Source: Squalus acanthias (lineage: Eukaryota). Taken from it: DNA of 64,000 nucleotides. Every line of letters starts with the position of its first letter. The stretch's first letter is position 1. A program made the position numbers and the translations under genes. The notes under the pieces were generated by a model that did not search any database, had not been told where the DNA came from, and saw only the letters and a list, made by a program, of their open reading frames with translations. The stretch is from assembly GCA_030390025.1 (NCBI GenBank), contig JASTWF010000036.1, forward strand, positions 2,606,001 through 2,670,000. Direction: 5' to 3'. This document shows positions 12,150 to 24,574 of the stretch, piece by piece.

Positions 12150-15100
12150 ATGAATGGGAATCACGTGTCCAGAATAGAGGCTGCAAGCTGAAATTTAAAA
12201 TGCAGTTTTTAATCGCTCAAATGATAAAATATTAACGTTAAAAACGCAGCGGGAAAAACCTAGTAAACCAATGCCAGGTATTATAAATGTAACTGTGTTA
12301 ATTTGCTGTTAAGCAAAGTTACAAGGGTAATAGGATAGCGCGCTACATGCCGAAAAGCTGGAAGATACCTCATTCGTTCTCAATCAAAATAACCACACAG
12401 AATGCCTGGCACAGTACACGTACTTAACAGAAATATCGCATTTGCGTTGTTGCTCTGGGCTGTATTTAGCAACACCGTTCCGTATGCCATAGCTGATCGT
12501 TTATTTAGTCGTGCAGATCAAATTGTTTAATTTAAATAGCAAAATGTGGTTGCCGCCTTGCAGTGGGTCTCTTTATGCAATTTGTCAACATAAAAAAAAG
12601 ATGCCCTATTATATTTATAGTGCAAAACCACACCCAGACAGAATCCTGCAAGCAAACCATTGAGACAGGTGGCCTCGATTAGGGCGGATGTCATGTTCTT
12701 GAGAGGGTCGGATGGAGTAGAATCACAAAACTTCCACATTTTAGGAGTCAATAGTGTTCAATGTGCCCAAACATTTCCCATCGCACGGAGTGCAGCGTGC
12801 CCTTAAAACGGATGTTATTAAACATTCAGTCGGTTTTAAAGCATGAAAATACGCTATTAATATGGTTATGCTGTAAAAACACTTGGTAACTATATTATAA
12901 AGGGACGGGGGGTCTGTGGCACTGACATTCAGCCCACGTGAAGTGGGCACCAGTAAGAAGTGCCTAGTGATTTTAGATTGTTTAATGGGGATAGGCACAC
13001 AATATGGAAAAGGGAATTTACTTCTTGGAATATTACTACATATTCTAACATTAAATGCTGGATATTTTAGGGGCAGGGGGAAATAAGGCTGAGATGAGAT
13101 TAGGCCGAAACTCGGCACCTGGCGCTGTTCTTTCAGCACCGCAAGTAGGTCTGTATACCCAAGGGGGATTTCAGGGGCCAAAGTGTGTAACAGATTAGGA
13201 AATACAATAAAAAAAAGTCGCTTCATATATTACATTTAAAAATAAATCAACAATTTTCAGGGGGAAAGTCACACAATCAACAAATAAACGCATACAAAAC
13301 CATCACCTTGCCCGGTTCACCTACCAGCACTTTAACTCGGCGCCCAGGCAAACGCAATGGATTTAAAACGCAGCTCTTGAAGGGGAAAAAAATCGCTCAT
13401 GGGCCTTTCCAAGCACCATTTCTAAACTATTAGACAAGAATGCAAGACTTTATTTTACTTTACAGATTGCTCAAGAAATATATTTTAAAATGAGACCAAG
13501 ACTATGAGCTACTATGATAGCTTTAACAATGTGTTAAGAAAATAACTCCTCGTAACATCCTGGATGCATTATATTTTCATTATAGACTATAGGTAGGCCG
13601 ACAAAACACCTTCTGTGTGACGTTTTACCGATTATCTGCAGCAAGCAGCGTGGACCCAAGATGATTATTTCCTAGGCCTTTTTTTAAAAACAGATTCAAT
13701 TCGAAGATAACACCATGAGTTATCAATACATTCATTTAAAAACATACATTGCCAAAATTAGGAATCCCCCCCCCCCCCCAATCACATCACACCGCCTGTA
13801 TTCAAAGCCACATTCTCAGGTCTCTGCAACACACCTACCTAACAACATGACCACTTAATCCCTGCAACTGGTTCTTTCAGTACATCCAAACCATATAAAA
13901 TCACATTTTTTTTTAAATCGCAATTATTTTGCAGCTCTCGTTTGTTCGCAACGTTTTCCGATTAGCAGCAACCTCCCCTCATACAGTAATCGTCAGTCTA
14001 TACAGGGAGTGCAATATGTGTAAATAATTAATATTAAAATATATAGGGTTAGGTTCACTGGATTCCAAGGAAGGGGAAAAAACCACTGCAGTACTCAGGC
14101 ATCCGGTACCTTTCACGCCATTCCTTAAAGAAATCCCAGCCTGACTCACCTCTGTCAAATCAGAAAATAACGCGTGCTATCTTATTTTTTTCAAAAAAAC
14201 ACTCTTACAGACAATATTAGATCCACCGGTTTAATCCACAGCACCACACCCGCAATAACAAATTTCATTGAAACATCACCATCACCCAGGCAGGGAGCGA
14301 GCCCAGCTCAGTTCGGGAGGGGAGGGGGACCGGCACTATCCTCACACCACAGACCAGGCTTTCAACCAAATACAATCAGAATACCTTCACACTGCCCCAC
14401 GCACTGTATTCAATTGGACTTTCGAACTGCGATAACACTTAGTGATCGCCTTTAACCGCATAGCACAGATTTCAAATACCTTTTAAGAACTTAAACGAGC
14501 CAAACACCACCCCCCCCCCCCCCCTTCTTGCTGTGGAAAGTGTTCCGGGTCTCAATAAAATGGTGCAATCTGATGCATTTAAAAATCAGTTTTTAATGGG
14601 ACAGGGGCAAGTTCAAACCTGGATTATCTAGATCTATCGACATTATTTTGGGCGAGGGGGCTCATCTGGCATCTAAATATAACATAACATCGATGCAATT
14701 GCTATATTCAAGTCGAAATAGACGGTAAAGCAGGAGGAGGGGAGGGGGCTGCTATTTAATAGCTGGTCTGCAGTTTTGGGGAGCCCCGGCAGACACCCTA
14801 CTCAGAAATGCAGACGATGTTCACAGCTGGAAAATTGCTCTGCGGCAACGGCTTGCTTGGGCTTACAGCAGGTGAAAATGCCACTTATTTCAGAAAAATG
14901 CGCTGCCGCCGTAGTAAAAGAAGGGATTTACTTACATTTTGTGCATTAACACAAATCCCGAAAGGCGTTGCTGTACTGCAGATGTTGAAAGGATGCAGGA
15001 GAAACTGCGGTTGTCGCCATATTGGAGCGCTTCCTTCCCTTACCAGTGCGTGCCGTTACCTTGCATAATTGATGACTCTCAGCAGAATGTTAGGGATCAT

Positions 15101-15150
15101 GTCCAAACAGTCGTTTTTTTCCTGAAGCGCCTGGGTTAGAATTCAGGTCC
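12150..15150. promoter_or_regulatory. CpG-enriched, transposon-poor region; candidate promoter and first intron of the sodium channel
   Basis: Visibly more CpG than the flanks (not computed), no recognisable SINE/LINE, C-runs near 13765 and 14510, and several minus-strand splice donors. Confidence 0.6.
14936..15075 (-). promoter_or_regulatory. SCN8A: Candidate non-coding first exon / core promoter resembling the conserved SCN8A exon 1c
   Basis: GCATAATTGAT at 15063-15073 (POU6F1/Brn-5-like). On the minus strand GCGCTCCAATATGGCGAC (YY1-like, about 15013-15030), then donor AAT|GTAAGT at 14935-14930. Resembles the mammalian SCN8A leader as recalled, not aligned. TSS not determinable. Confidence 0.65.
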
Positions 15151-16709
15151 AACACTGGAGCTTACAGAGACACTATGTGACTTATTTGCCCACCTAGTCT
15201 TTATTTCCATGCTTGCTTGGTTGCAAATACAAGCAACCTCCTCTCAAAATATAAAGAATTTGCTTTGATTTGGAACAGCCTCCTTTTAGGACCATGAAGA
15301 CTAGAACAAACCGAACTTTTCTAGAATTGATGGGGTTCTGAATAACATATGTGAAATTCACAAAATCACATTGGAAATGTAGCATCCATTTGATCTGATA
15401 ATTTATAAGTACAGCCTAGAAAGAGCTGTATGACATACTAATGACAGCTTATTGTTAGGTCTTACTGAGTCTTAGCCCTTTGAATACCACCTACCCACGC
15501 AACCCTGTCCGATATGTTTGGTTTCATTATGTGTGACCCTTAATGAACTAAGAAATTAATTTTCAATAGAAGTACCTAAGTTTTTTTCTCTTCATAGTTG
15601 TTTTTTCTTTAACTGTTTCTTACTGTTTAAACAGAAAATGCTGGAAATGCAGAGCAAGTCTGTCAGCATCTGGAAACAAAAAAAAACTACTGGGTTTCCC
15701 GTGGCATTGCTCACAGTAAGTCAGATAGCAAGTTGTTTTGTAATGACTGGAGCATTATACCACGCAATGTACAATGTATTATTCTGCTGCTAAGGCAGAG
15801 CTCTGTTTAATCTGGCCTGTACCTTTTAAGATGACAAAGTACAATTACTGTAAATAGCAACATCCTGAGGTGTATTGCTGGAGTATTGTTGAACAACAAG
15901 TGTGCAGATATGTCAGGACCGAGGAGCAGAGGCAGTGGGAAGATATGCAGGAAAGAGTAAAGTTACAGGGTTAGAAGCAGGAAAAGCTGAGTCTTCCGTT
16001 GGGCCTACAGGCAATGCTGACCAGTCTCTCAAGCAGTCTCGTCAGTTCACTATTCAGATGGATGCATGAATGATGATGTTATTACTGTGAAATTAGAAAA
16101 GCTACTCCAGTCACCACTATTGTCATCCCACTTAGAATTTTTAAACTTTATTCTTTATTTTGATCAAGTCAGAAAAAACTGAAGCACCAAAATTAAGACC
16201 AAAGTGCTAATGTGCATTAACTGTGCCGAGATATATTTGCAGACCAATTTTTGACTTAATAATATACAAGTTATCTGAAATCTGAAGTTATCTAGAGATC
16301 CTTGACCAGCTGAGTAGTGAATTCTTTCAGGCTTCACACATACTCTAATGCTTATAGAGTAGACTAAGCAGTTTAGGTTAGCAGGTCAGCATTTTTTGAA
16401 CAAAATACATATGTAAAAATGTAACTATTTATTTTATTGTTATATCAGCTTACACAGCAGAACAAATGTTACATAAGGAAAATAAGAGGTGGTATTTTTT
16501 AAGTCTTGCTGTTCTAGAGTAAAAGACGAAGTTTCAAGAAAGCATTCTCAAGGCAACGTTAAGTGACTTACAGTTAACATTTTAATAAATTGTTTATATG
16601 CAGTTTTCTGGCGTTTTTGAAAACAATTGAAGTTCCCCCTCCCCAAATATCTTGCCTCCTCTTCTGAAGGTTTTTGTTAGCATATGGTTCTTCTGCTACC
16701 TTGCCCAGG

Positions 16710-16866
16710 TGGCCATTTTCATGGAGAGTGAACATTGGCAGCTATTCGACCATAGGAAAGCACCATTACCATGCCTGATCCTTTCCTCATCCAACATCCA
16801 CAGGTGCACTTTCCAGCAGAGATCACTTGATAGCAATGAAAAGTGGAAACCCTGACTGATTTTCCC
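16710..16866 (-). mobile_element. LF-SINE-like element
   Basis: Reverse complement contains ATCAGTCAGGGTTTCC...CTGCTGGAAAGTGC...GATGAGGAAAGGATCAGG...GGTCGAATAGCTGCCAA...CATGAAAATGGCC. Confidence 0.65.
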
Positions 16867-18599
16867 TGAACATTTACTGCAGAAGTTACAGGGGTTTTTG
16901 ATCATTAGAACTGAAGTATTACCGCAGGAATTATACATTCCAGGCATCTCCCCACTTCTTGAAAGTTCATTCTGAGGTCAGACAACAGTGCCCCTAACTG
17001 AAAACGATTCACTGTGACTTAATAATTTGTTATATGTGTGAAGAAGAATGCTTAATAAAACAGTAATCTAATTGAAGGGAGTTCAGATAATGTCATGAAC
17101 TTTCAAAGGAAAGCTTGTGGTTTATAAACATCACCCCAAGATTAAGGCTTTATCTTGATTTTGAGCTATGTGTTATTGTTTTATATAGATACTAATGGAG
17201 ATTTTGGATGATTACGGAGCAGTAATCTACCCTGGGGGCAAAAATTACTTAATAAACTACACAAACCCTGATCGGAGAATACAGCCCTGAAAATGATCCA
17301 GGATAGATTATTTTTATAACACATATCTGTCAATTAGACTCTTTTATTCGACTTGGATCCATTATTGCCAACAGAGCCTATCACAGAATATGTTAATGGC
17401 CAGTGCACTGTGGGTAAATGTGTGACGACAGAAGGATTAAAATTGTGAAGTAATTACTGATAATTAGGGTGATTATTAACAGGCAAATAATACAGTCAGC
17501 ATATAAAGGCTCATTGCACTCTCCTACTCAAACTCATTCATTCCCAGAACCTCAAAACTGTGGAAATCCTTACCTCCTTCAGACTTTCCTTCCTCTTACA
17601 ATCTTCAGCCTTTTAAAAAACAAGCTTGGTGTCTCCTACTCTCTGCTTGTTGATTTATCTCATCTCTTTTCAACCTTGGTGATGTCCTGCACTATGGGCC
17701 ATAGCCTGTCACCTAGGTTTTTCAATAAATAATTAAAAAAAATACAAGGCAGTGAATTTCTTTTCAAATTGGTTTTCTTATCATTGCCATGGGACCTGTC
17801 TGCTGGATGTGGACATTCTCAGATGTCATTTATAAATCAAAGCCAGGCTATGAGTAACCATCGCTGAGCCACAATCATAGAATGTTATGAGGTAGGATGT
17901 TAAAGTGCATTTGATCCTGTGATAGGACTTGAAGTATTGCCAGATTAACCTTCATCAAGAGATTAATAAGGGAGATACATCATGTTTAACATTACTATCA
18001 ACACCTTTCATCTCCTCTTATTAAAAATTTCATTTCTGTTTGATTGTAGGGTCTCTCATTCGTCCAGGAATTAATCATGAAGCAATCATATTTCAGAACC
18101 AAAGAGGAAAAAACACCCAGGGGGAGACTTGAGGGGCAGTGTCACAGGATGAGTGTGGGGCCCCCTAACTTGATTTATAGCAGCAAAGGGAGAGTGTCGG
18201 GCTCCCAACTTGAGTGGTATCGGCAGCAGGTGCATATTGGGCACCCAACTCCAGCATGAGCAACAGGACATCAGTGAGTGCAGGTAGTTGGGGTCGTGGT
18301 TCCATCTGAGACCTCAGTAAATATCAGGAGCCATGAGCAATGCCATAGAAGATCCATCAGTACACTATTAGAAAAAATGGCTAAGAAGTCTAGCTTCAAT
18401 GTAAATAAAGCTTTTCATAAAATGTCCATGATTTATCCAATATTTTAATACTTTATTTATACCATATATGCTGAGTGTTTCCATGAAACATTTTATTTTA
18501 TATAGAGATTACATCACATTCTGATAATTGAAATCATTTCACCTTGAAAACTGAATATTCAAAGTATAAATGCTGTACATCAGGCTCACACAATATCAC

Positions 18600-18750
18600 T
18601 TGTGCGCTTTCTAAGATCTTGCTGTGTGCAAAATGGCTGCCACATTTGCCTACATAACAGTCACTGCATTTCAAAGTAATTTTTGTACATGAAATTCTTT
18701 GAGACGTTAGCGACGTGATGAGGTGTTATATCAATGCAAGTCTTGCTTTA
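18600..18750 (+). mobile_element. Deu-domain SINE 3' fragment
   Basis: GATCTTGCTGTGTGCAAAATGGCTGCCACATTTGCCTACATAACAGTCACTGC core plus ATGCAAGTC tail. Confidence 0.7.
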
Positions 18751-19299
18751 TCTTTGCCCAATTAACCTGACTAATTAATTTACCACATTACTGTTTTAAA
18801 ATACCTACCCTATAAATCATCGGGGATCCCAGTTCACCTATACCAGACCCCAACTTCTGGCGTTGTTGGCAAATCTCCTGAGAGGGTAATGGAGCAGTGC
18901 AAGCAGGAGCTTTATCATAAACTTTGGGAGTTGGGATCCAACACAGCCAATCCGGCATCCTCCTGGGTAGATTGGGAGACTTGCAAGGTAGAAACATGTT
19001 GTTTAAACAGAATATATTATGAAGACTCACTGTATGCAATTTATATCCCACTTGTGGCATTGACTTTAACTCACTTTGAACTTTGTTGCTTGTGACTGAT
19101 CAGTCCAGCCCACACATGGAATATAAATCATACGCCACAGAGTTTCATATCCTACTCTGTACATAAACTCATTACACAATCCCTGACATAAACATACTGT
19201 CTGATTTCAGCAACAGAATTATTTTGTTCTTCCACTAAATTTGTTTCAAGTGGTATTAACATTAGCACAACATTAAGACCATTTGTTTTTAAATGCAGA

Positions 19300-19790
19300 C
19301 AAAATGAGGGGTTTAATTCCCTCTGTGTACCAAGGTGCTAAAACAAATGCAAAGGATAAAGTCATGATGGAAGTTAAAAAAAACTAAAGCTGTATTCACT
19401 GAAGCAGAGACGGTAAAGGCGGGATCTAATAGAAATGTTCAAAATTATGAACGGGTTCGATGGAATGAATGACTATTTCCACTGGTTGGTGAATTAATAA
19501 TGGGAGGGGGCATAAACGCAGGATTGGTACTAGAAGCATAAAAGGGGATGTTAGAAGAAATGTTTTCATTTGAAAAATTATTAAGGATGTAGAATGCATT
19601 ACTGCAAATGGCTAATGAAACCGAGTCAATCATAACATTGAAGAGGGAATTAGATAAACACTTGAGGAATAAAAGTATTAAAGGGAAAGGAAAAAGTGCA
19701 GGGAAATGGGATTAGAGGAGATAGCTCCGATGTGGAGCGAACACAGGCACAACGAGCTGACTGCCTCCTTCTGAGCTGAAATGTCTATGG
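19300..19790 (+). mobile_element. Old CR1 LINE 3' fragment
   Basis: Degenerate match to CR1 ORF2 C-terminus (RLRGDLIE.FKI-like; GGATCTAATAGAAATGTTCAAAATT) and 3'UTR. Confidence 0.65.
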
Positions 19791-19990
19791 GTCAGTGGTA
19801 AACCAATGCACTAGTATTGTGTGCAGAGAAAATTAAATCACATATATATCCAGTCTTAGAGCATGACGTCTTCATGCAATGAGGTAAGAAAAGGGAAAAT
19901 CTCTTTCTTGGTTTTGTTTGTCAGGTAATCTAGAATTTTCTTCTTTTCCTCTTCGTTTCATCATATTTTACGCAGGAGATGAAATATGTT

Positions 19991-20492
19991 AAATAAAAAC
20001 AGAAAATGCTGGAAATACTCAGCAGCATCTGTGGAGAGAGAAACAGAGTTAATGTTTCAGGCCGATGACCTTTCGTCAGAACTGGAAAAAGTTAGAGATG
20101 TAACAGTTTTTAAGCAAGTGCAGGGGCAGGGAAAGGGGGGAGAGGAGGAAAGAACAAAAAGGAAGGTCTGTGATAGGGTGGAAGGCAGGAGAGATTAAAT
20201 GACAAAAGGGATGATGGTGTAAGGCACAAGGAGATGGTAATGGGACAAGTAAAGACACAGAAGATGGGTCTAGAGGAGGTGTAAATGGGAATAGCAGAAT
20301 CATCATCAACAGCTGCCGTCCGAAACAATGGGGGCAGAGGTTATGATCTGAAATTGTTGAACTCTATGTTGAGTCCAGAAGGCTGTAAAGTGTCTAATCG
20401 AAAGATGAGGTGCTGTTCCTCGAGCTTACGTTGAGCTTCGTTGGAACAGTGTAGGAGGCCGAGGACAGAGAGGTCAGAGTAGGAGTGCGGCG
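19991..20492 (-). mobile_element. Penelope-like element 3' end: GIY-YIG endonuclease C-terminus plus pLTR with a decayed hammerhead motif
   Basis: SDLSVLGLLHCSNEAQRKLEEQHLIFRLDTLQPSGLNIEFNNFRS* (stop at 20341) is a typical PLE C-terminus. Downstream CAGTTCTGACGAAAGGTCATCGGCCTGAAACATTAACT at 20045-20085. Confidence 0.85.
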
Positions 20493-20689
20493 GAGATGAA
20501 TATGTGGGCTGATTATAAGCTAATGGTTCATCAACCCTTCTCACCCCTTCTGGAAACAAAACACAGGCAGCTACACAATTCAAACTTTTCAATGGCGATG
20601 ATAGAAGGAACTCACCCATAATGATGCATCTGGCAAAATCTTGACTGGCATCCTGCATACATCACTCGTAAAAAAAATTCCAACACACT

Positions 20690-20930
20690 CTTTGACAAAG
20701 AGCAAAGGAGCTCTCCTAGTGTCTTGGACAATATTTATTCCACAACCAACACCACCAAAACAGATGAACTAATTATCTTATTGCTGTTTGTGACACCTTT
20801 CTGTATACAAATTGGTTGCCGCATTTGCCTAAAACATAGTGACTTTATTTCAAAGTAATTCATTGGCTGTGAAGTACTTTGGTGTGTCATGAGGAGGTGA
20901 AAAGTACTATATAAATGCGACTTCTTTCTT
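20690..20930 (+). mobile_element. Deu-domain SINE fragment
   Basis: CAAATTGGTTGCCGCATTTGCCT...CATTGGCTGTGAAGTACTTTGG...CTATATAAATGC. Confidence 0.7.
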
Positions 20931-20949
20931 CTGTTGTGTATATGAGTCA

Positions 20950-21112
20950 TACACAGCACGAAAGTCCAGATTTGAACCCCAGTCTATGCTGAGTTTGCCC
21001 ATCTGATCTCGATTGCGGCAATGGCAGAAATGCTACAATCAGCCTTAGTGTTCTGGGTTAAGAAGGGGTAGGGGGGAGAAATCTGCCAGTGTTCCTGCTG
21101 CTGATTACTATT
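20950..21112 (+). mobile_element. LF-SINE-like 5' fragment
   Basis: CAGTCTATGCTGAGTT...GCTACAATCAGCCTTAG...AAATCTGCCAGTGTTCCTGCT. Confidence 0.55.
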
Positions 21113-21444
21113 CACTGTCAAAACATATAGCTTTGTAATGTAGTGGGATATTCTGCTCTTTCCTGGAAAGGCAGTAATTTAAAGAATAATACTCGGGGGT
21201 GGGGGGGGGAGAAATTTCAAACTAAACACTTTACCCTTAACCAACCTTAGTCAAACAAAGCTTAGAATTACTCTGACTTGAGACAAAAAATACAACAGCA
21301 TCAACATCTATAGTACCTTTCATGTCTGCTTCATGAGGCGGCGGGGGTGGGGGCAAAGAGGGGGAGGGAGAAGGAAGGAAAAATGGACACCAAGCAACAG
21401 ATGGTAGAAGAACTTCATCCTTTATTGTGAGACATTAACTTATT

Positions 21445-22064
21445 GGTGGAGAAATTGGACTTGTGCCCAAAATGAGAGGCAAGTCAACGGAGCGTTTGCT
21501 CCACACGCTGTTCCGTGCCAGCCCGAGCAAAATTCAGTTGAATGGAAGTGGCGAGTTGCAGATGCCAAAAGGGCTTCCTGATGTAGCTCACCGGTCGGGA
21601 CCTGGTGAATTCGGGCCAGCTTCATCGCGGGGTAGATGGAGGTGAAGGTGAGGGGCAAGGGCCCGGATCGGCAGTGGCCCACAGTGTTGTTGTGGAGCCA
21701 GGAGGTGCACTCCTGCTTCTTCTGGCTCCACAACAATACAACTTTTAAAAAGTTTTGCGGCCTATTTTGAGCTGCGAACAGTTTTAAGGACCGCTAGTAA
21801 GGCAGTTCAAGGCCTGGGACAATTAGGTGGAGCACTCCACCCATTTGCACCTGAAATTTGAATCAGGGTCCTCGGACCTTCAATAGCAGTCTTCGCCTGT
21901 TTCAGGCGGGTGGGCTGCTCGCCCATTTATAGACCCGTCTGAACATTGCATCAGTTGGGCCTTGGGCATCATTGTGGTGGCCAAGGAGTCACCTGAAATT
22001 TGCAACTCCTGGCTGCCCGTTTTTCAGGCACAAAACAGATGGCTGTAAGTTGAATTTCTCCCCC
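21445..22064. mobile_element. PIF/Harbinger-type non-autonomous element (MITE)
   Basis: Termini GGTGGAGAAATT ... AATTTCTCCCCC are inverted repeats like those of the TSD-bounded copies; GC-rich interior; TSD not preserved. Confidence 0.6.
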
Positions 22065-22639
22065 TTCTATTAAGTCTCCCAGCCACAAAAGACCCACGCA
22101 GGTGACGTACATGGCGGATCCTTCATGGAATGGTATTAACGGTGTTGAACGGGTTTATCATCCTTATGTTCTTGTGCTCCAGTACAAATAAAGGTATTTA
22201 GTAGCAGCCAGATCTCAAGCGCTTGTCTGGTACTGAAATTTTTAATTGAGTTAGAAAGCCAGGATTAGCATCCAGATCTGGGAACAGGAACAATCTCAGT
22301 TCAACATAATGAGAGCCTTCTGATGACAGATCTGCTGCATACATCACTCAAGTGGGCCTCTTCTGGCTGAGAGACCTGACATGGTGGGTGTCTATGAGGC
22401 TGCCTTTACACTACATAAGTTTAGAATTTCTCATTTTAAAGAAGAGCATTCTAAAACACAGTCTTTCTGGAGAGGTATATATTGAACTCAAGGTGCCACA
22501 CTCAGTTCAAGAATATTGTCAAAGTAAAAGTGCTCATTTGACTTTTTCCTCTTTCCTTCTATTTTCAATTGTTGACACTCACCTCTGCTCTTATGACTCT
22601 GCTCATCCATTGGTGGCAGAGCCTTCAACCAGAACACCC

Positions 22640-22830
22640 TTGCACTCTTTCATCACATTTTCTTCCCAAACCTCTTTGCCCATCTTTAAAAACCTCTTCA
22701 AAACCTACACCTTTTCTTTTGGTCACCTTCCTAAACTTCTGCCCCACTTTCTGCTCAGTATCCACCCCACCCCCTGTAAAGCACCGTGGGACATTTTACT
22801 ATATGAAAAGCTCCATACAAGTGTGAATTA
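22640..22830 (+). mobile_element. L2 LINE 3' end fragment
   Basis: CTTTAAAAACCTCTTCAAAACCTAC...TTTGGTCACC...GTAAAGCACCGTGGGACATTTTACTA, matching 57850-58253. Confidence 0.65.
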
Positions 22831-23394
22831 TTTTCTTTTCAAATTTCTTCTTGGTTCCGGGTAAGAGAACAATCCTTCCCATGTTTCTTTTTCTCTGACC
22901 CTGTTTTGTGACTGAATTTCTTCTGACTTCAGTTTGACTATCTCCACATCTTTCAAGTGAAAATGGAAATATAGTGGACAGAGGAGTGTCATACAAACAA
23001 ATGAAGCGTTAATCGACTAATATTGCCAAGGGTAATTTCTAGGCTATTATCCTCGATGGTGAATTACACAAACTTGCTGTCTTCTGGTCAAACCTTCTCA
23101 GTGCGAGAACGTTTGTTCATGGATTCTTCCATTTGTTTTTTTTTTCACCAGTTTTGCTTCAGGAATTTAGAGGGAGTAAGAATCCAGTTCAGAAAATATT
23201 GGAACTGAATAGGAACAAGCATAAAAATTGTCCATCTACAGAGTTCTGCACACCAGCTTCCAAGTTCCAGTTAAATGTTAATGTTTAGAGAGAATAGACA
23301 TCAGCCCTTGGCTAAAATTTAAAATTTTGTTTTAAAGCTGCTAAGTAGACTACCTGGGAAATTTTTAAACTTGGCTTTACACTGGACTGTGATT

Positions 23395-23850
23395 ATTCGA
23401 CAACTGAAGTGCTGCATGCGGTTCTGGTTACCAAGACATAAAGGCTCTGGAGTCAGTGCAGAGGAAAGCAATAAGGCTGATCCCTAGCGCCAGAAGGATG
23501 AGCTATGAGGAAGCTAGTGCTCTCCAGCTCAGAAAAGAGATGACTCAGAGGAAAGCTTTGAGGTACAGAAGATACTGAACAAGTTAGAGAAAATAAACCC
23601 AGAACATTACTTTCAGATAGGCCAGAGCAGCAAAACAAGAGGGCACAGATTCAGGTTTGTGAATGGTAAATTTAGAACTGACGCCAGGGAAAAATATCTT
23701 TACACAGAGGGTCATTAACAGCTGGAAGTTGCCAAAAAGGGTGTTGAGGCCAGGGCACTGAACTCATTTCCAAAACAGCTAGAGATGGTAGGGGTAGCAT
23801 TCTGGAAGGATGAGATCAAATGGGCTTCCTTCATTTGATCCTATCTCTTG
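23395..23850 (+). mobile_element. Old CR1 LINE 3' fragment
   Basis: Degenerate C.QFW...LESVQR.A.RLIP...SYEE and TRGH.F-like motifs. Confidence 0.65.
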
Positions 23851-24574
23851 ATCTATTTTTCTTGTTATGTTTTCACACCTCTTGTCGACCTGACTCCCAA
23901 GTTACACCACTGGTTTGGCATTGATGTACATTCAAAACTGCTTCAAGTTGATGAAAAAGCAGTCACATAACAGGTCAATGAGTAATAATGGATGGCTGCT
24001 TGTGAATCACAAACAGTAGTCCAATCTCAGGGTTCCCCAGTTCATGACATAAATTGAAACCTTAGAACGTTCCTTGTAAAATCTCTTTAGGGGAGGGGGT
24101 AAGAGTTTGAAATTGTGCAGTGCGATAGTAGTAATAAATACATTAATGCATTCATGTGAAATTCCTCCGTACATTATTTTAATGAAGATGGGCTAATGCC
24201 TTTATTAAAATAGTGGACAAAGGAATTTCAAACAAATGCGTGAATGCGTTCATTACTAACATCTCAGCATTTCAACTCCTTGGTATTTTTATAACAGCAG
24301 TGAAGGTTACAGCAACAAGTTCACCATTTGTCAGCAGACCTTTAATCTAATTGTTACACTTCTAGTACATTAGATTACAAGGTGCAGTGTGCACTAATCG
24401 GGATTGAAAATGAAAGCAGTTTCTCAGCTCTGTACTTTCTGATTACACTAGCAGCCATTTCCTGTACAAAAGGGATTGAAGTATTGACAATACATCATCA
24501 ACTGCCTGATTCCAATGAGTACATAAACACAAACTGCATATATTATGTAACAGTTTCCAACACTGATTTTGGTC

